Source: Pelomyxa schiedti | Lineage: Eukaryota; Protista; Evosea | Direction of reading: 5' to 3' | Length of the DNA stretch: 64,000 nucleotides | NCBI GenBank assembly: GCA_020536535.1 | Contig: JAHLWZ010000841.1 | Coordinates: 18,197 to 82,196 of the forward strand | In this document: positions 1-13,600 of the stretch, piece by piece | Numbering within the stretch: position 1 is the stretch's first letter | Layout: each line of letters begins with the position of its first letter | Notes under the pieces: model-generated | Told to the model about the DNA's origin: nothing | The model's input: the letters and a program-made list of their open reading frames with translations, nothing else | Database searches by the model: none | Made by a program: the position numbers and the translations under genes

Positions 1-1925
1 AAAAGAAGGATTATCGACTGTGTGACCACCCTACTTCAAGGAGACAAAGTTACCCCTGTGAATGAACTTGTTTCTCTTTTACTGCAGCAGCTTTTGACCT
101 CGTTTAGAGTAATTCTATTCAATTCCAGGATTGAATTCCAACTGTTCCGAGTAGGAGACCGAATTAACTGCTCTTACTGAGGAGCAGGCCGCACTTCACG
201 CCAAACTCCAACAAGAAATAATACAGGACATTTGTATGCTACCCGTGCCCGGGGAAGATATTTATTTCACAATAGGTTTATCTCTCAAGGCTAGCAAAGT
301 CCGTGCAACTCAGTCCTACACCCATGTTGATGCCATTGAATATATAATAGAACGTCTTCATGAAGCAAGCAAAGACTATGAAAGTAAAGAAGCACAATTG
401 AGACTTGCCTCCCTGTTGTGTCATGCCGTAAAAGAAATAGCGCAAACAATGGAAAGAGTACAAAATACTCGCCCTGTTAGTCATACTCTGCTGTCTAGCT
501 TACTGCCATTGACTAAAAAACCTTCCCCAGGTAAGATATACTTAACTAAGATTTTGCAATTCACGATTGTTAGAACTACGTACATTGGCTCAGGATACCA
601 TCAATCTGCTCTTATGTGAAGGATTATATGCCAGTTATATTGCCGGCAAGTACGTTCGACATTCGTCAACGCGTTGGTTACAATAAATTAGGTTAGATGC
701 ACTTAATTGTCTCGACAACTCATCTCTCATCATGGTATTATCGTTTCTCAGCGTTTTGTTTTGTTACTGACCCAAATGAGTTAGCACCTTGAAGCAATCA
801 ATGAAGCATTGTACTACCACATATGCACAAAAGATAACGAACCAGATAACCTCCGCTCCGTTTGGACAACATTTTCTATCATGCTTGTGAGATTGAGGAA
901 GCGGCAGTTAATTCACATGATACCCCTTTTATTTAAAATTCAGGTAATTACTCCTTATTATCTCTCCTCTCAACCTTCCAAAGGATTACCCAGCAAAGCA
1001 CAAGTCCCCAGGAGACCTTACAAAGGGAATTCACACTGTGGTGGCTTGTTGTATTCTGTTTATATCCGTTCTATTTAATGCTAAAAAACTGAGCAAACTT
1101 GTTGTAAAGGTATGGTTAAACCTCAGAATTACGTGCACCAAGTATAATATAGGTTCTGAACGAGCGTTCCGAACAAAAATTGCTCTCACCTTCACTGTCA
1201 ATTGACTTTGACAAAGTGACTCTTTACAAGCACAAGAAGCCTTTCAAATCCAGAAGCAGCCAGGTTGCAATACCCGGATTTGACAAGGATACCGTGGTTT
1301 CTCTACTTTGCAATACACCTGTATTCAACTCTCCATACGGTGTTGTCTTAAGGTTTTACAGGAACTTGTGGAAGGAACAACTCCCGAAGAACTTCAGCAA
1401 GCAATGTCTGCTACTTGGTCTGATCGAAGGTGCTATTTCTGACCTATTCTCTTTTGCCAACATCTTTCAAGGACGACCGAACATCATCAAGTTATAAAAA
1501 TCGAAGTAAAAACAACACAGGAAGCTCCCGGAACTGTTACATCAGTGAGCAGCAGTGTTCCAGTGGCAACGCCAGAGATAACCTATACACAAATCAAAAC
1601 AAAAATATGTATGGGAGTTCCACTTTGGTATCTTTTACACATATTATACAGCTCAGCAAACTGCCGTTGTTCCTGGTGCTCTACCACCGGCTTCCTTTGA
1701 AGAAGCTGCTACAGCTTGCCGTAAACATGTATGACAAGCTTGTCTGACAACACCAATCAACAAAAATAGGTAGATGATGTCAAACGCATCCTGGACAGTG
1801 TGATGACCATGGAGCAGCTGTGCCCCTCTTCACTTGTCCTGGAGCCACTTTCATCCAAAACCAGCTGGCTGGAGTTCCTGGAAACCACTCCTCTCAACAT
1901 TCCCCTACTCTTCCCCTTCACTTAA
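1..1925 (+). CDS. 3' part of a multi-exon gene, unknown (possibly helical-repeat) protein; runs off the left edge
   Basis: Successive + strand ORF pieces separated by short GT..AG introns; last exon ...VDDVKRILDSVMTMEQLC...PLLFPFT ends at TAA 1923-1925. No recognisable motif. Confidence 0.5.
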
Positions 1926-2137
1926 CCAGGATACAATAAATAGTCCCCACCCCAAACCTCGTGAAGGAAAAAAACAAGTGAGTTTTTTGTGCCGTAACAT
2001 TCCAGCTCCTTCCTATGGGGCAAAAAGAAAAGGAAAAAAAAAAACCAAACAGTGACAACAAGGAGAACAGAACCCCGGCTAATTTATCAACATCAACTAC
2101 CTGTCAAATCGTCGTTCATTTTTCATAAAAAAAACAA

Positions 2138-5100
2138 ATGGCGGATGGAGGGGTGGACGCCGCAGAGACGGACACCCTGCTGAAGGCTGAGGTGTATGTG
2201 GTCGGGGGTGATCACAACCATGACCAGAAGGCCGCAACCTACACGCCTCTTGGGCGTACTTCCAACGAGAAGGACAAACGGAAGTACTTGTTGTTGAAGC
2301 AGTTCAGGGGCGTGGTTAGTTTCCACTTGTTGTGGCTTCGTGGGTTCCCACCCTTTTTTTTCGTGTGAAGAGGGTTGTGAGTGCCTTAACCATCAATCTA
2401 GTTTTTGAAGAATGTAACCCTTTCAGTGAGGCAAAGGAAGCAACTTGCTTGCCAAATTATATGTATGTGAGGAGCCAATAGACGATAGCGTAAATAAACA
2501 TTTGTAGTACCACTTGTAATAACACTTGGACTGGGATTGGCATCTTTCTTCAAGGGGGATGTGGAAACTGTTGATACTTATGTGTATTTCTACCATACCA
2601 TGATTGCATACCCCTCAGAGTATTTGTCTGACAACTATTACACCAAAATAACAATACAAAGAACGCAGAAATATGGTGACCACTTCTTTTATGTTGACCC
2701 TAACAATGTTGCTGGGCACTGTGACAATGCCTCTTATGACTACATTAACCCCCCAGACAGCTGTGGTGATACACTTTATACCGGTATCCAAGTCTCCGGG
2801 GTTCTCTCGGTCTCATGGGTGAAAAAGGAGGAATTCTTGGTACATATTACCAGAGGCCGTGGAACTATGATGTGTGGTGTTATGAGGATGACACTATTAT
2901 GACATTGCACTCCTGTACACCTTTTTTTACTGAGTACAGTGACTGGGACACTGCACTTCAAGTTTGAGCTTTCCTTGTCTTCAGTGTTTCTGAACAACAA
3001 ACAAAAAGGACTACCAAGATTTTTATCACGACTCTGTGGATGCTTGGAATGACTATGATATAGACTATTGCGTGGGTGCTCAAACTCAGTTAAAAATGCC
3101 CCAGACTGGTTTTCCCTTTTCTCTTCTTGCAAAAATCTCATATTCCCGTTCAGCATTTTACTTCGAGGATGTGACTTCTTCAGACGAAATTTCTCTTCCT
3201 GATGTGAAACTCCACTACACTTTGTTTGCCACAGATCAATACACTTCACTGGCTTGGAACTACGAATATGAGGTTCTACTCCACTCCCTGGATTGTTATT
3301 TATTTTCAAGTAGGACCCAATTCTGGTGTCTGTGAATAGTATGAATGGCGCTTTTTTGCGCCTTGTGACGAACTACACCTTCATTGAAGAAGATTACCAG
3401 ATGAAATCCCTGGAAATTGTTCTGGGATATACTGTAAGGAATCTCAATATAGATTCAACCTGTTTACTTGTACCCAGGATTTTCCTGAGCATGTTGAAGT
3501 AAACTCCCCGCGGGCACTTATTATTACACTAGAAGTGTGTTTTGTACCTTTCATGATAATGTGCTTGATGCCCTTTTTTATGCAGAAGGTTTCAACACTT
3601 CTTTTGTGTTTTACTAATTACACATCAGGTCGTAGTAGAGCGGAACTCTGGACTTTCTGAGATGTTGAATTTAGTATGACAAACTTTCTTTTCCATTCCA
3701 GAAACTAATATTGGGTAACAAGGCTGGTTTGAACAATCAAATATATTGGCTTGGGAACTTTTGCTGTGACTGCCTTATCTACATCATTTTTTTGATCCTG
3801 CTCGTCCCCCTTGGTGCAGCTCTTAAAATGAAAATTTACACAGAAGTGGGGTAACTCTAGGCTGCTTGAATATTTCAAGCTTATTTATCTCCGTTAGGGT
3901 TTATTTATATCTTCTGATAATAAGTTGGGTCATTCCTCTCGTTGGAATGTCTTACTTCTTTGCTGTATTTGTGAGAACCACAGGTTTTCAAGTGTTTCCT
4001 TGCATTTGTTAAACCCTTGCAGCGCAGTCTGCTGTGGTAGGGTTTATTATTGTTTGTCTCCAGCTTACTGCTGCAGCACTTCTAGCTTATCTTGGTAATA
4101 CATGATATCCACTTCGTATTTTAAGAGACTCAACTAAAATTCACAGTGTACTTTGAACAGCAAGTTGCACCAATCTATTTCATGATTTATCCCCCATTTG
4201 CTCTTTTTTGGGGCTTTTATGTTACTGGGCACTCTGTCGCTTCTGGCTATGAGTGCTTTTTTTCTCCTGATGTTGCTGCTGAACAAACTTGGATTGCCAC
4301 TTTATGGGTTGCCGGGATGGGCTTAGCTTTTCTCATTATATCGAGGTTTAGAGAGAGTATCCATTTCAACCGTGTAACCTTGAAGCAGTTACCTTGATCA
4401 AGTCATGCCCAGGACAATTGGCATGCGAAAGCCCTTTTACTTTCCAGTTACGGATTTCTGCACATGGGTCTCATCCAAACTTGGAAAGAAAAATCGTCGC
4501 AAATTACATACTGCCGCTGCAGCGCTGCATATTTCCCAAGAATCCAAAGAAGAGTTGGAAAGAGAAGATGAAGATGTGCAGATGGAAAGGCGCACTGTTT
4601 ATCAATTACCTGGTGAACCAGATTGGCCCCTTATCATCAAGGACATGTCAAAGACTTTTTCAGGGGGAATTGGGTATTTCATCAGAATTCGTTTCCTTCA
4701 CTAATTCTTGAGCAGCTCTTCCAACGTTCAAGCACTGAAAAACGTAACCTTCCACGTAGAACAGGGGCAGTGCTTTGGGCTTTTGGGACCAAATGGTACT
4801 TTTTCTAATTTGGGTGATTCTATCTAATTGAATGAAGGGGCTGGAAAAACCACCCTAGTTAACATACTGTGTGGGTTGATGACGCACTCAGGAGGTCAGG
4901 TTAACTTCACTGCAGACTATCATTAAAGAATCGAAGGTTCTGCCATTATTGGTGGCTATGATATCGAGTACAATTTGGCTACTGTAAGAAGAATGATTGG
5001 ACTTTGCCCCCAGTTTGATTGGCTGTTTGATGATTTGACGACTCGGGAACATCTTCTTTTCTATACAAGGTTAAAGGGCTTCCCTATAAGCAAAGAGTCA

Positions 5101-5924
5101 GCACACGTGGTACCAACGACGTGGGAGCTAGGGAAGTATTAACCCGTATAGGAAAGTATTATTACAGAAGTAAGTCTTCAAAATGAACGAAGGCGTCTTT
5201 CAAGAGACCTAAGTGGGGGCCAAAAACGCCGACTTTCCTTTGCCATTGCCTTGACAAGTGACCCTGCTGTTGTCTTTCTGGATGAACCTACTAGTGGACT
5301 TGACCCAGGTTGCACCAGAGAACTATGGAATGTTATAACGACTGCTAGAGTACGTAATGTTTTTCCCCAATCTCTCGCTAACATAAACCCAGCAAAATCG
5401 GTGCTTCTTGCTTACAACACACTCCATGGCTGAAGCTGAAACTGTCTGCACTACAATAGGAATTCTAAGCCGGGGCCACCTCAAGTGCATTGGTACCCCA
5501 CAACACCTTAAGAGCCGTTTTGGCCAAGGATACAAGCTTGAAGTACTCTGTGAAAACTCTGGGGAGGAAAACAAGCGGGCAGCACAGGCGTTTGTGGCAT
5601 CCATTGTCCATGGGGATCCCCAGCTGCTGCATGGGACAACTCACAGTTTAGTGTTTCAGATACCTCTCTCACTGAAGCTCTCTGATTTGTTTGAAATACT
5701 CAGCCGAGAAGCTCGACATCATTGTATGTATCATTTTCCTCCATATCAAACCAACAAATAAATACACAGCCATCAAGTCCTGGAGTATGGGCCAGTCGAA
5801 TTTGGAGGAAGTGTTCATTGCCATTGTTCACCAAGATGAAGGTGAAGCTGAATCAGCTGCACCTTCCAGTGTTGGTCTCATATCCATACAAGAACCATCG
5901 GAGGTTACAACAAGTGCCGTGTAA
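2138..5924 (+). CDS. ABCA-subfamily ABC transporter (multi-exon, one TMD plus one NBD)
   Basis: Spliced Walker [14 protein letters not shown] (about 4775-4853), IGLCPQFD, signature [15 protein letters not shown], Walker [41 protein letters not shown]; hydrophobic TM exons upstream. Confidence 0.9.
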
Positions 5925-6163
5925 TTCCAAAGCCAAAGTCACTTCGTTACTAGACTGTGTACTAAACAGAAAACGAAGAGGCAATTTTTTTAGGTTTTTC
6001 ATCACCCCAGATCTTTTTCTTCTTATAACGATAACAATTAAGCCGCCACAGTGTGGCTTGTCCTAACTTTTTTTTTGTCCGATTTTTTTTAAAAGCAACG
6101 TATATTGGGACGGCAAGGTAGGGCAAATACGCAATTCTAACAAAACAAAAAAACAAAGGAGAG

Positions 6164-7011
6164 ATGGAGAAGATCACGGTAGGATTTGTGTCGTCAACTA
6201 CGGTGGTGTTGGTGCCTTCTGATTTCCACGTCGACAAAACAACTGTAACCAGCGAGTGGAACAGGATTATGTACTGTATGCTCCAGTCAGATCCATCGTC
6301 CCATCGTCCGGACATCACACAGGAAGACATTGACATGGTAAGTTTCGGACCCCATCAACACAACGACGCTTTCTTTCTTCTGGGAGGAAATAATACAGAT
6401 CTCACAATGCACAGATCTTACAGGCAATAAGAAAACTCGTAGAAGGAGGCGTGGTGGCGAGAACGGATGACGATAGGGGTCTAGAAGAATGTGTGCTAAC
6501 AGTACATCAGAGCAAAGTGGTTGACTCTCTGGTATCTGGTTTCCGCATGATGGTGTACGATACAGGCTCGGTACGTGTTGCCTATTGCTGATTTACTATT
6601 TTTCACCACTAAACCCAGGGATCCTACAACAGAACTGTTGGAATCTCGCAAAATGACATATTAACTGTATTAGCTAGGCCAGGACACAAGAATTTCGTTC
6701 GGGACTTTGTGCGTCAACTCGAAGTCGCCAAGGAACAGTCCCTCATACAACAACAAACTTCCGTTTCTTCTACTACTGCCTCTTCTTCTGACAGCGCCAC
6801 CCCAATGTGCCAAGTGGAAAGGGAACAGCACACCACAGCAACTACTACACCGACAAGTGTTCCTATGCCTAGTGACTGTGCTCCCCACGTAGACGAAAAC
6901 CCCCGCAATGTACATCACGACGAAGACACATTCCAGCCCACCAAACGACCCCCGTACTCCATGTGTACCTCAAATGCAACTCCACCCCCCAGCAAACGTT
7001 CAAGAAGCTAA
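6164..7011 (+). CDS. Hypothetical multi-exon protein with low-complexity S/T/P-rich C-terminus
   Basis: ATG at 6164, short GT-AG introns, terminal ORF 6709-7011; no recognisable domain. Confidence 0.45.
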
Positions 7012-7141
7012 TGACTTTGTATAGTAAAAGAAAAGAAAGAAAAATTTTTAGAGGTTTTGCGGTTGAAATAGGCAAACTAAAAAATCTTGTTGTGTTCCTT
7101 TCATCGCAAATCTTCACACAGGGGCGATAGGCCAGGCAAAT

Positions 7142-10100
7142 CTAAGTGCTAAACGCCTTTAGCTGCCGTAGCTCGATGTAGCTGGCACTGCCGTACGCGC
7201 CGGAATTCTGTACCTCGATCTTGAGGAACTGCGTGGTGAAGCTGACCTGCCACGTGTTGCTGGCGTCCACGGAGTTGTCGTGGCAGTTCACCAGGTCGGC
7301 GACCTCGACCCACCCGTGTCCCCAGTCGGTCCAGCCGCCCGCGTCGTGGGCCGGCGCCGCGGCGCCCCTGGCCGCCGGGTGGTAGCTCAGCCGCATGCGC
7401 GTGGTCTTGCCGTCCGAGCACATCTGGAAGAACACCAGCGTCCTGATGTGCGCCGCGCGGCCCATGTCCACGACCAGGATCCCGGTGCCGCCGGACGTGT
7501 TGTTGGTCCACGTCGACCCGACCGAGTTGGCGCCGCGCACGCTCCTGGTCCTGCTGGTCGGCTCGGTGTCGATCAGGCAGCCGTTGGCGCACCAGGCCTC
7601 GGTGGGCCCGCCGCAGTTGCTCTTGTACGTGCCCGCGCCGCCGGCGAACGCGTACTGGGCCACCTTGCACGCCCCGCCCGTGATCACGTCGTTGAGCAGG
7701 TTGGCCGAGCCGTCGGCGGCGCGGGCAAAGTCCACGCCCCTGAGCGTCGCCGCCTCGGCCTTGAGCTCCTCGATCGTGGCCAGCAGCATCTGGTTGTCCT
7801 GGTGCGCGTTCTGCAGCTGCGCCGCCAGCGAGGCGTGCTGCGCCTCGGACTTCTTGATATCGGCCTCCTTGGCCACGACCGCGTCCTTGGCTTGCTGCAG
7901 CGCGGCCTCGCACTCGGTGAGCCTGGGGAACTTGCTGGCGAGCTTGTCTAGTCCCACCGGTGGGTCTGGCACCCTTGGCGGCAGGATCCTGGGGTGCATT
8001 TGCAAGTACGCGTGCATGAAGGCAACTTGCTCGTGTGTTGGCTCAGTTGCTGTTGACACGTCATCCACTTTTGTTGCTGTTGTTGAGCTGGAAGAAGTTG
8101 AGGTTGTGGATGGGGGAGTAGATTGAGGTGACGTGGGTGTGCTGTCTGAACTAGTTGGCAGAAAGTTCCTCAAACATTGTATCTGAGAAGTGAGTGCACT
8201 AGGTTTGATTGAGTTGAGACAATGGATTATGGGAGAAAACTGGTTTTTACCTTAGGCGGTTGATGGTTTCAAAGATGGAGGTCTCAAAAACTTTTTGCTG
8301 CTGAAGTGCTCCCCTGAGCTGGTTTTCAATGCTGGAAAACATCTCTAGCACACTATTGTGCCATGTGGTGACAATTTTATTCAAGACACTGATGGCTTCG
8401 TGTCCTGTTTGAAGAGCACTCTTTTGAAGGAGATTTGCAGTGGATTCCGCTTGTTTTTGATGTGCTAGCGCTGTATCCAATAGTTTGGTGATGTTGACAT
8501 CTGCATTGACGGTTAACAGTTTCGAAAGTGGAATCGAGGTCTAACCAAGGGCAGCAAGTTCTTCCAGAGCAGGGCAGATAGCAGTGGGAAGAGGGACACA
8601 CTCGTGACTCCCGTGTGCTCCATTGTGCAGACAGTGCCCACAAACGAGGCGGGAATCTTCTTTGCAAAACATCGTGAGAGGTTGGTGATGGTCTTTGCAA
8701 AGATTGGATCCAATCTGGCGACAAATTAAACATTGAAAAGAGAAGCTGATGTCACAACCTGTGGAAGTAAGTACATATCTTCACTGTGAGGCATAGGGGC
8801 AATTGTACAAAGTTCTGTGCAGCCCTTGTCATCAGAGTGTTCTGGTAGGGCGTACAGAGCATCATATACCTCACCTGGGAAACTCATCAATTGTTGTGCG
8901 GCTTCCTTTATTAGAAGAAACTCAGGAGACGGGTTCCCATGTGCAGTGTGTCCCACCTTGTAAGAAATAAGAAAGTAGAGAAGTACTGAATACGGCTACT
9001 TCTGAGGCACCCATTGCGTGAACTCTATTGTAGATATCATCAAGTAACTCTGAGAGTTCATTCCTTTTCCTAATCAAAATAGTATCTGGAAGACAGTGCG
9101 TAGCACTCTCCAATTCTGAGAGCTGAGTGCACAAGCTACGGACAAGTACAGAAAGTTTTGTGTGCTGTTCAGTAATTTTATTCACATCGTTTGTCAAAGT
9201 GGTTTGAATGACACTCTGAATTCATGTATTAGAAACCAGAACTCCCTATTAATTACCCACTTTAACTTCCGTGATTCTTGTATCTTCATTTCCTTGGAGC
9301 TTTTCACAAAGGGCAGTCAAATTATTTGCAATGAATTCTTGTTTTCTAAAGGAGGTAAGGGTAAAGACCAGTGAAAAGTGATGGGATTTTAAGGTACTTG
9401 GCAATCATCGCAGCAGACAGAGCAAATGGCTGTGCCGAGTTTGAGACATATTTTAACACCTGTACAATATAAAAAAACAACGTTTGAAATCTTCCCTCCC
9501 CTCACCTCATGGATGGTTCGGCATTTCTTCTTCAATCTGGAACGGCACTCTTCTGCAGCACTTTCAATAGAAATACAATCGTCACGAGCATGGTCATCAC
9601 ATACGCACAGCTGGCAAAGAATCATGTCGTGAACTGGACAATAGAAACGGACGAGTTCCTTTTAAGTTGGTGAGTGTGCTTTTGCTCAAACGGTGATATG
9701 TACCGAAGTGTGCTTCCGGCAAAACATCCTTGCAGGATGCACAGCAGCAGTCTTGAGAGGAACTACCGAGGCAGCAAGGTGACACCTGAAGCGGGCTCCG
9801 TGATGCACTCTCAGGTTGCATTCATCGCAGAGTCGAAGTGGAGGCATGCATGCCTGACAAATAACAGTAGCAGGCACTGCAGGTTCAGTAGGATGGTCCT
9901 CACACATGTTATCTGACTTGCGCATTTCCTATATCACTAGGTGAGCCCATTGAACATCAACCAATAAAATAAAGAAGTATCAAAATATATAAGACGTTGG
10001 TTGGAACCCCAGTTAGCTTTATGGATTCAAGCAAAAAACCTCGATTATGACACAGAGTTGCTTGTTTATACAAGCACTTTTTGGGCTGCACTCAGCTTTG

Positions 10101-10543
10101 CAAACTGGACAAATAAGAGCACTTCTGGGAGCCATACTTCTGGCACTCACCCTCAGTCCACCTCCCCCTCCTGAGGATCCAGATAGCCTCAGTCCTCCGG
10201 ACCCTGATTCCCTCAGGGTGCGCTGTGTCCCACCGGTGGGTCCGGCGCCGCCAACGCCCTGTGACTGGGACTGAGACTCGGCCGATGACGGCTGATTTTC
10301 AGCCGCTCCGACGAGGACGAGGCCGGATCCAACGCATCTCATGCACATCGAGTGACAACAGGGCAGGGTGACTGGATCAACGAACATTTCGCCGCACACG
10401 GGGCAGCACAGGTCCAGGGGGCCGGTGGATCCCATAATGCTGCTGACGGCGGGCTGTTGGTGGCGCGGCTGCTGAGTAATATTGGACGTCGGGGGCGGGG
10501 CTTGTTGGGGGGCTGGCGTTGCTTCTTCGGTTGTGCCTGACAT
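7142..10543 (-). CDS. RING/B-box/coiled-coil (TRIM-like) protein with a C-terminal discoidin/F5-8-like beta-sandwich domain
   Basis: RING CPVC..LPCCHSMCMRC..CPVC (10019-10543), B-box-like CQAC..LCDEC..VHH..H (9686-9925), second B-box CRKH..LCQLC..DH, coiled-coil exons, then terminal exon 7142-8173. Joining these into one gene is inferred from the intron pattern. Confidence 0.7.
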
Positions 10544-10682
10544 CTGGGTGTACGTTAATTCTTCTTTGTTTTCGTTGTAACTCGTCGGGTTTCTGGCGGT
10601 TGGATGTTTTGTTGTTGCTCCTTTTTACAAACAAAGAAAAATTGTTTAGAATTGTTTTGGTCTCCCTCTGAAGAGGGTACAC

Positions 10683-13600
10683 TCACAACAGCAGTTCCTC
10701 CAGTTCAGCACGTGACAATTGGCTTGTGTCAGCGGCTGTGCTGTTCTCTGTGGCACAACTTGAGATTGTTGGTGTTGTTGTTCCTGTTTCAGTTGATGTT
10801 GTTATCGTCGATGGTGGTGGTGTTGGTGTTTGTTGGGTTGGAACGTGAGGGTTGTTGTGAGGGCCAGGGGAGGCAGCTGCTAACAGATTGGCCAAAAGAG
10901 TTTTGTCAATGGACTGGGACTGCAACCAAGACACAGCTTTCCTGGCAATGAATTTCCACTGTGCCCGGAGTTTTGGCAGGTACAATTCCAAAAACGCAAC
11001 TGCGAGGCACGTGGCCCACAAGTCGCCCTTGTTGCAGGTCCCGGTGTCGTGAGTTTGCAGTGACTCCGGAATATTCTCTATGAGCCCGGATATGGATGTA
11101 TTTAATGTGCCCAACGCACTGCTGAGACCGGCAGAGGTCCAGAATCCATCAACGTTTTGTTGTGTGCATACTTTGTGGAGAATCTCGTATTGTTCGTCTG
11201 TGGAAGAGCTTGACCCGTAGTTGGCGTCGGAGAATTTGACGTCCGTGAGGATGCTCTTCAGCATATCCTGGCATGAGTGCAGGGCACCAGAGATAGGCTC
11301 AAATTCTGCACTGCCATACATCATAGACTCTTCACAGAACTTGGACTGCCATTTCCGTACGGAAAATATTTTTTCCAGCGGAGCCACTTGATTTACAAGA
11401 ACTGGTATTGGTGTTTCTTGAGTGGATACTGTGTTCCTTGTCACTGCCACATACGATGTGAGGTCACAGGCAACACCGTATTTCACTGCTTCCCTGATTA
11501 CAGATTCCCTCTCATTTGTAAAAATGCCTCTGGCAATAGCACAGCAGTGCAGAACAGGTGGCCATTGCGGAGGGGATTCACATCTCTGAAGGTCAAGATC
11601 AAACAATGCAGTCTGTGAGCCAGGAGGATACTTCCATACGGAGACCTTTTCAAGGCGGTCCATCTGTGTTTTGTTAAAAATCGCATACATTGTCTGATGG
11701 TGTTTTGACGTTGAAACACTGAGGGGTAATGGAGTTTTGAACTCAGGGGCTGGTGCAAAACTCAGTTCGATGTTGTGGATCTCACTTCCAAAAAGATTCG
11801 CGTAAGAAACAAAGGCAACACATGACGTTTCATTTTTGGGATCATGTGCTATCCATCCGATGCCTGCCACGGGGTTGTATCTCGCTCTTATTTGAACACC
11901 TTTATTGAGGGATTTGGTGGTCCCTGTCCATGAGAACGAGGTGGAGAGTGGTGTGGGGTGATTGCGGAAAATCTCAGGTGGGGCAGTCTGAGAAACACCG
12001 AACTCGGTGATGGGGGATTTCGGATGTGAGTCAACAGTCATCATAATGGTCACTGGTGAATTGGGAGAACTTGAACAAGCCCAAAGAGATCCTGGAACTG
12101 ATAAATTCAGAAATATAAAGTTGGAACCTTTTTCAGGGCTTGCCAATTCCAATTCCTGAACGAAACTGACACACAACATGATGTTCTTTTTGGGCAAGAG
12201 GTTTCCTATGCTAATTCGGAAAACACCTGATGATGCTTGCTCCAAGAGTTGCGGAGAATGCCCTGAAGCTATGGCATCGTCGTAAGTCCGTAGTGCATCA
12301 GTGGCAGGGACACACTTCGCCATCACAAGAGTTCCATCATCGTACCGAGCACTGAACGATACCACAACAGCTGTGGGTGGCAGTGGAAGCACGTAAACAG
12401 CTTCTACATTCACCTTGTCCTCATTTACAAAACATTGCTCAACTTGCGTGCACATACACAAGTCTCCAGTGACGGAAACAGTGACATTGGTATATTTCAG
12501 AAGAACATTGCCACTCGCCTCTTTCCCGAAAATTCCAGCATTCTGAAGCGAATGCACAGTGAACTGCTGTAAAACTTTCTGTGTTGGTATCAGGCTCTCC
12601 TGAAGCAAAGTTTGCGCAACAGATCTTTCCATTTCGCCGATGCAAACAAGTGTTCCACCTACAACACGTTTACAAAATATATCAACGCCATCACGTAAAC
12701 GAGAGCTATACTCTCCGGTCCCCACGTAATGCTTGAAGTGGTTTGAAATAGCACTTTGTTGTAGCTGTCCTTTCATTGAGACCATCTCTGGCGCTATGTG
12801 CTCCGCCACAATTGTTCCATTCATAGAAATAACAGCAACATAGTGAATTGGTGATTGTGTCCGACCATGTGATGAAATCCAGTGTTGTTTCCTTTCTTCC
12901 CGCTCTTCCCGAGATGTGAGATCTCCCAGTCGGCTTTCCAATCTATGAAGGGAACTGGCAACCGTTCTTACTTGATTCCGTCTTTCTTCTGTGGTTGCGC
13001 ATGCAAGAGCACTTTGGAATTTGTTACTAAGTATGTTAATAATGTACGCCAGGTCATGGATGTTGACTCTGTCTCTTTGAGAAGTAATTAGTCCAGCGGC
13101 AAGTTGGAATCCACACGACAACTCCAGTATGTAGAGTTGAAGTTGCCTTATGAAAGGGGTCTCATTATTGTGTGGCAGGTCAAAGTGGGTGTTGGGTGTC
13201 CACAACCCATAACGAGTTTCAATATTATCAGCTGGTGTGCGATAAAAAACATGTGCTCTGCGACTTGCTACAAGGGCAGCACAATGATGTAAAATTTTGT
13301 TGGACCCAATCAGCACCTTTGGGGTAATTGTAAGGGTGATCTTTTCTCTTCCATTAATTGAGCCTGTACACACAACCACTTCACCACGCAGATCCTTCGC
13401 ATTAATGACAGTCCAAAATTCAGTCTTGTGACCAAAAGGTATTGGCTTTGTCCCCTTTTCGAAGTACGGGGGATTGTTGTTGCTCGATTGGAGTGGCCAG
13501 GTAATCTTCGGTTTCATTATAAGTTCACCCAGCAATGCATTGACGAGTAACATTACTTTGGGCTCAACTCGCTTTGAGTCAGACACAAATGCAGTAATAC

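Noticed and set aside
7149-8126. Long overlapping ORFs on both strands (similarly 55498-56664 and 59629-60198)
   Set aside because: Shadow ORFs caused by high GC or low complexity of the real exon.
10430-10437. Other WCCCATAA matches (also about 13206, 28023, 48258, 56643)
   Set aside because: They lie inside protein genes with no structured, T-terminated sequence at +64; several chance matches are expected in 64 kb.
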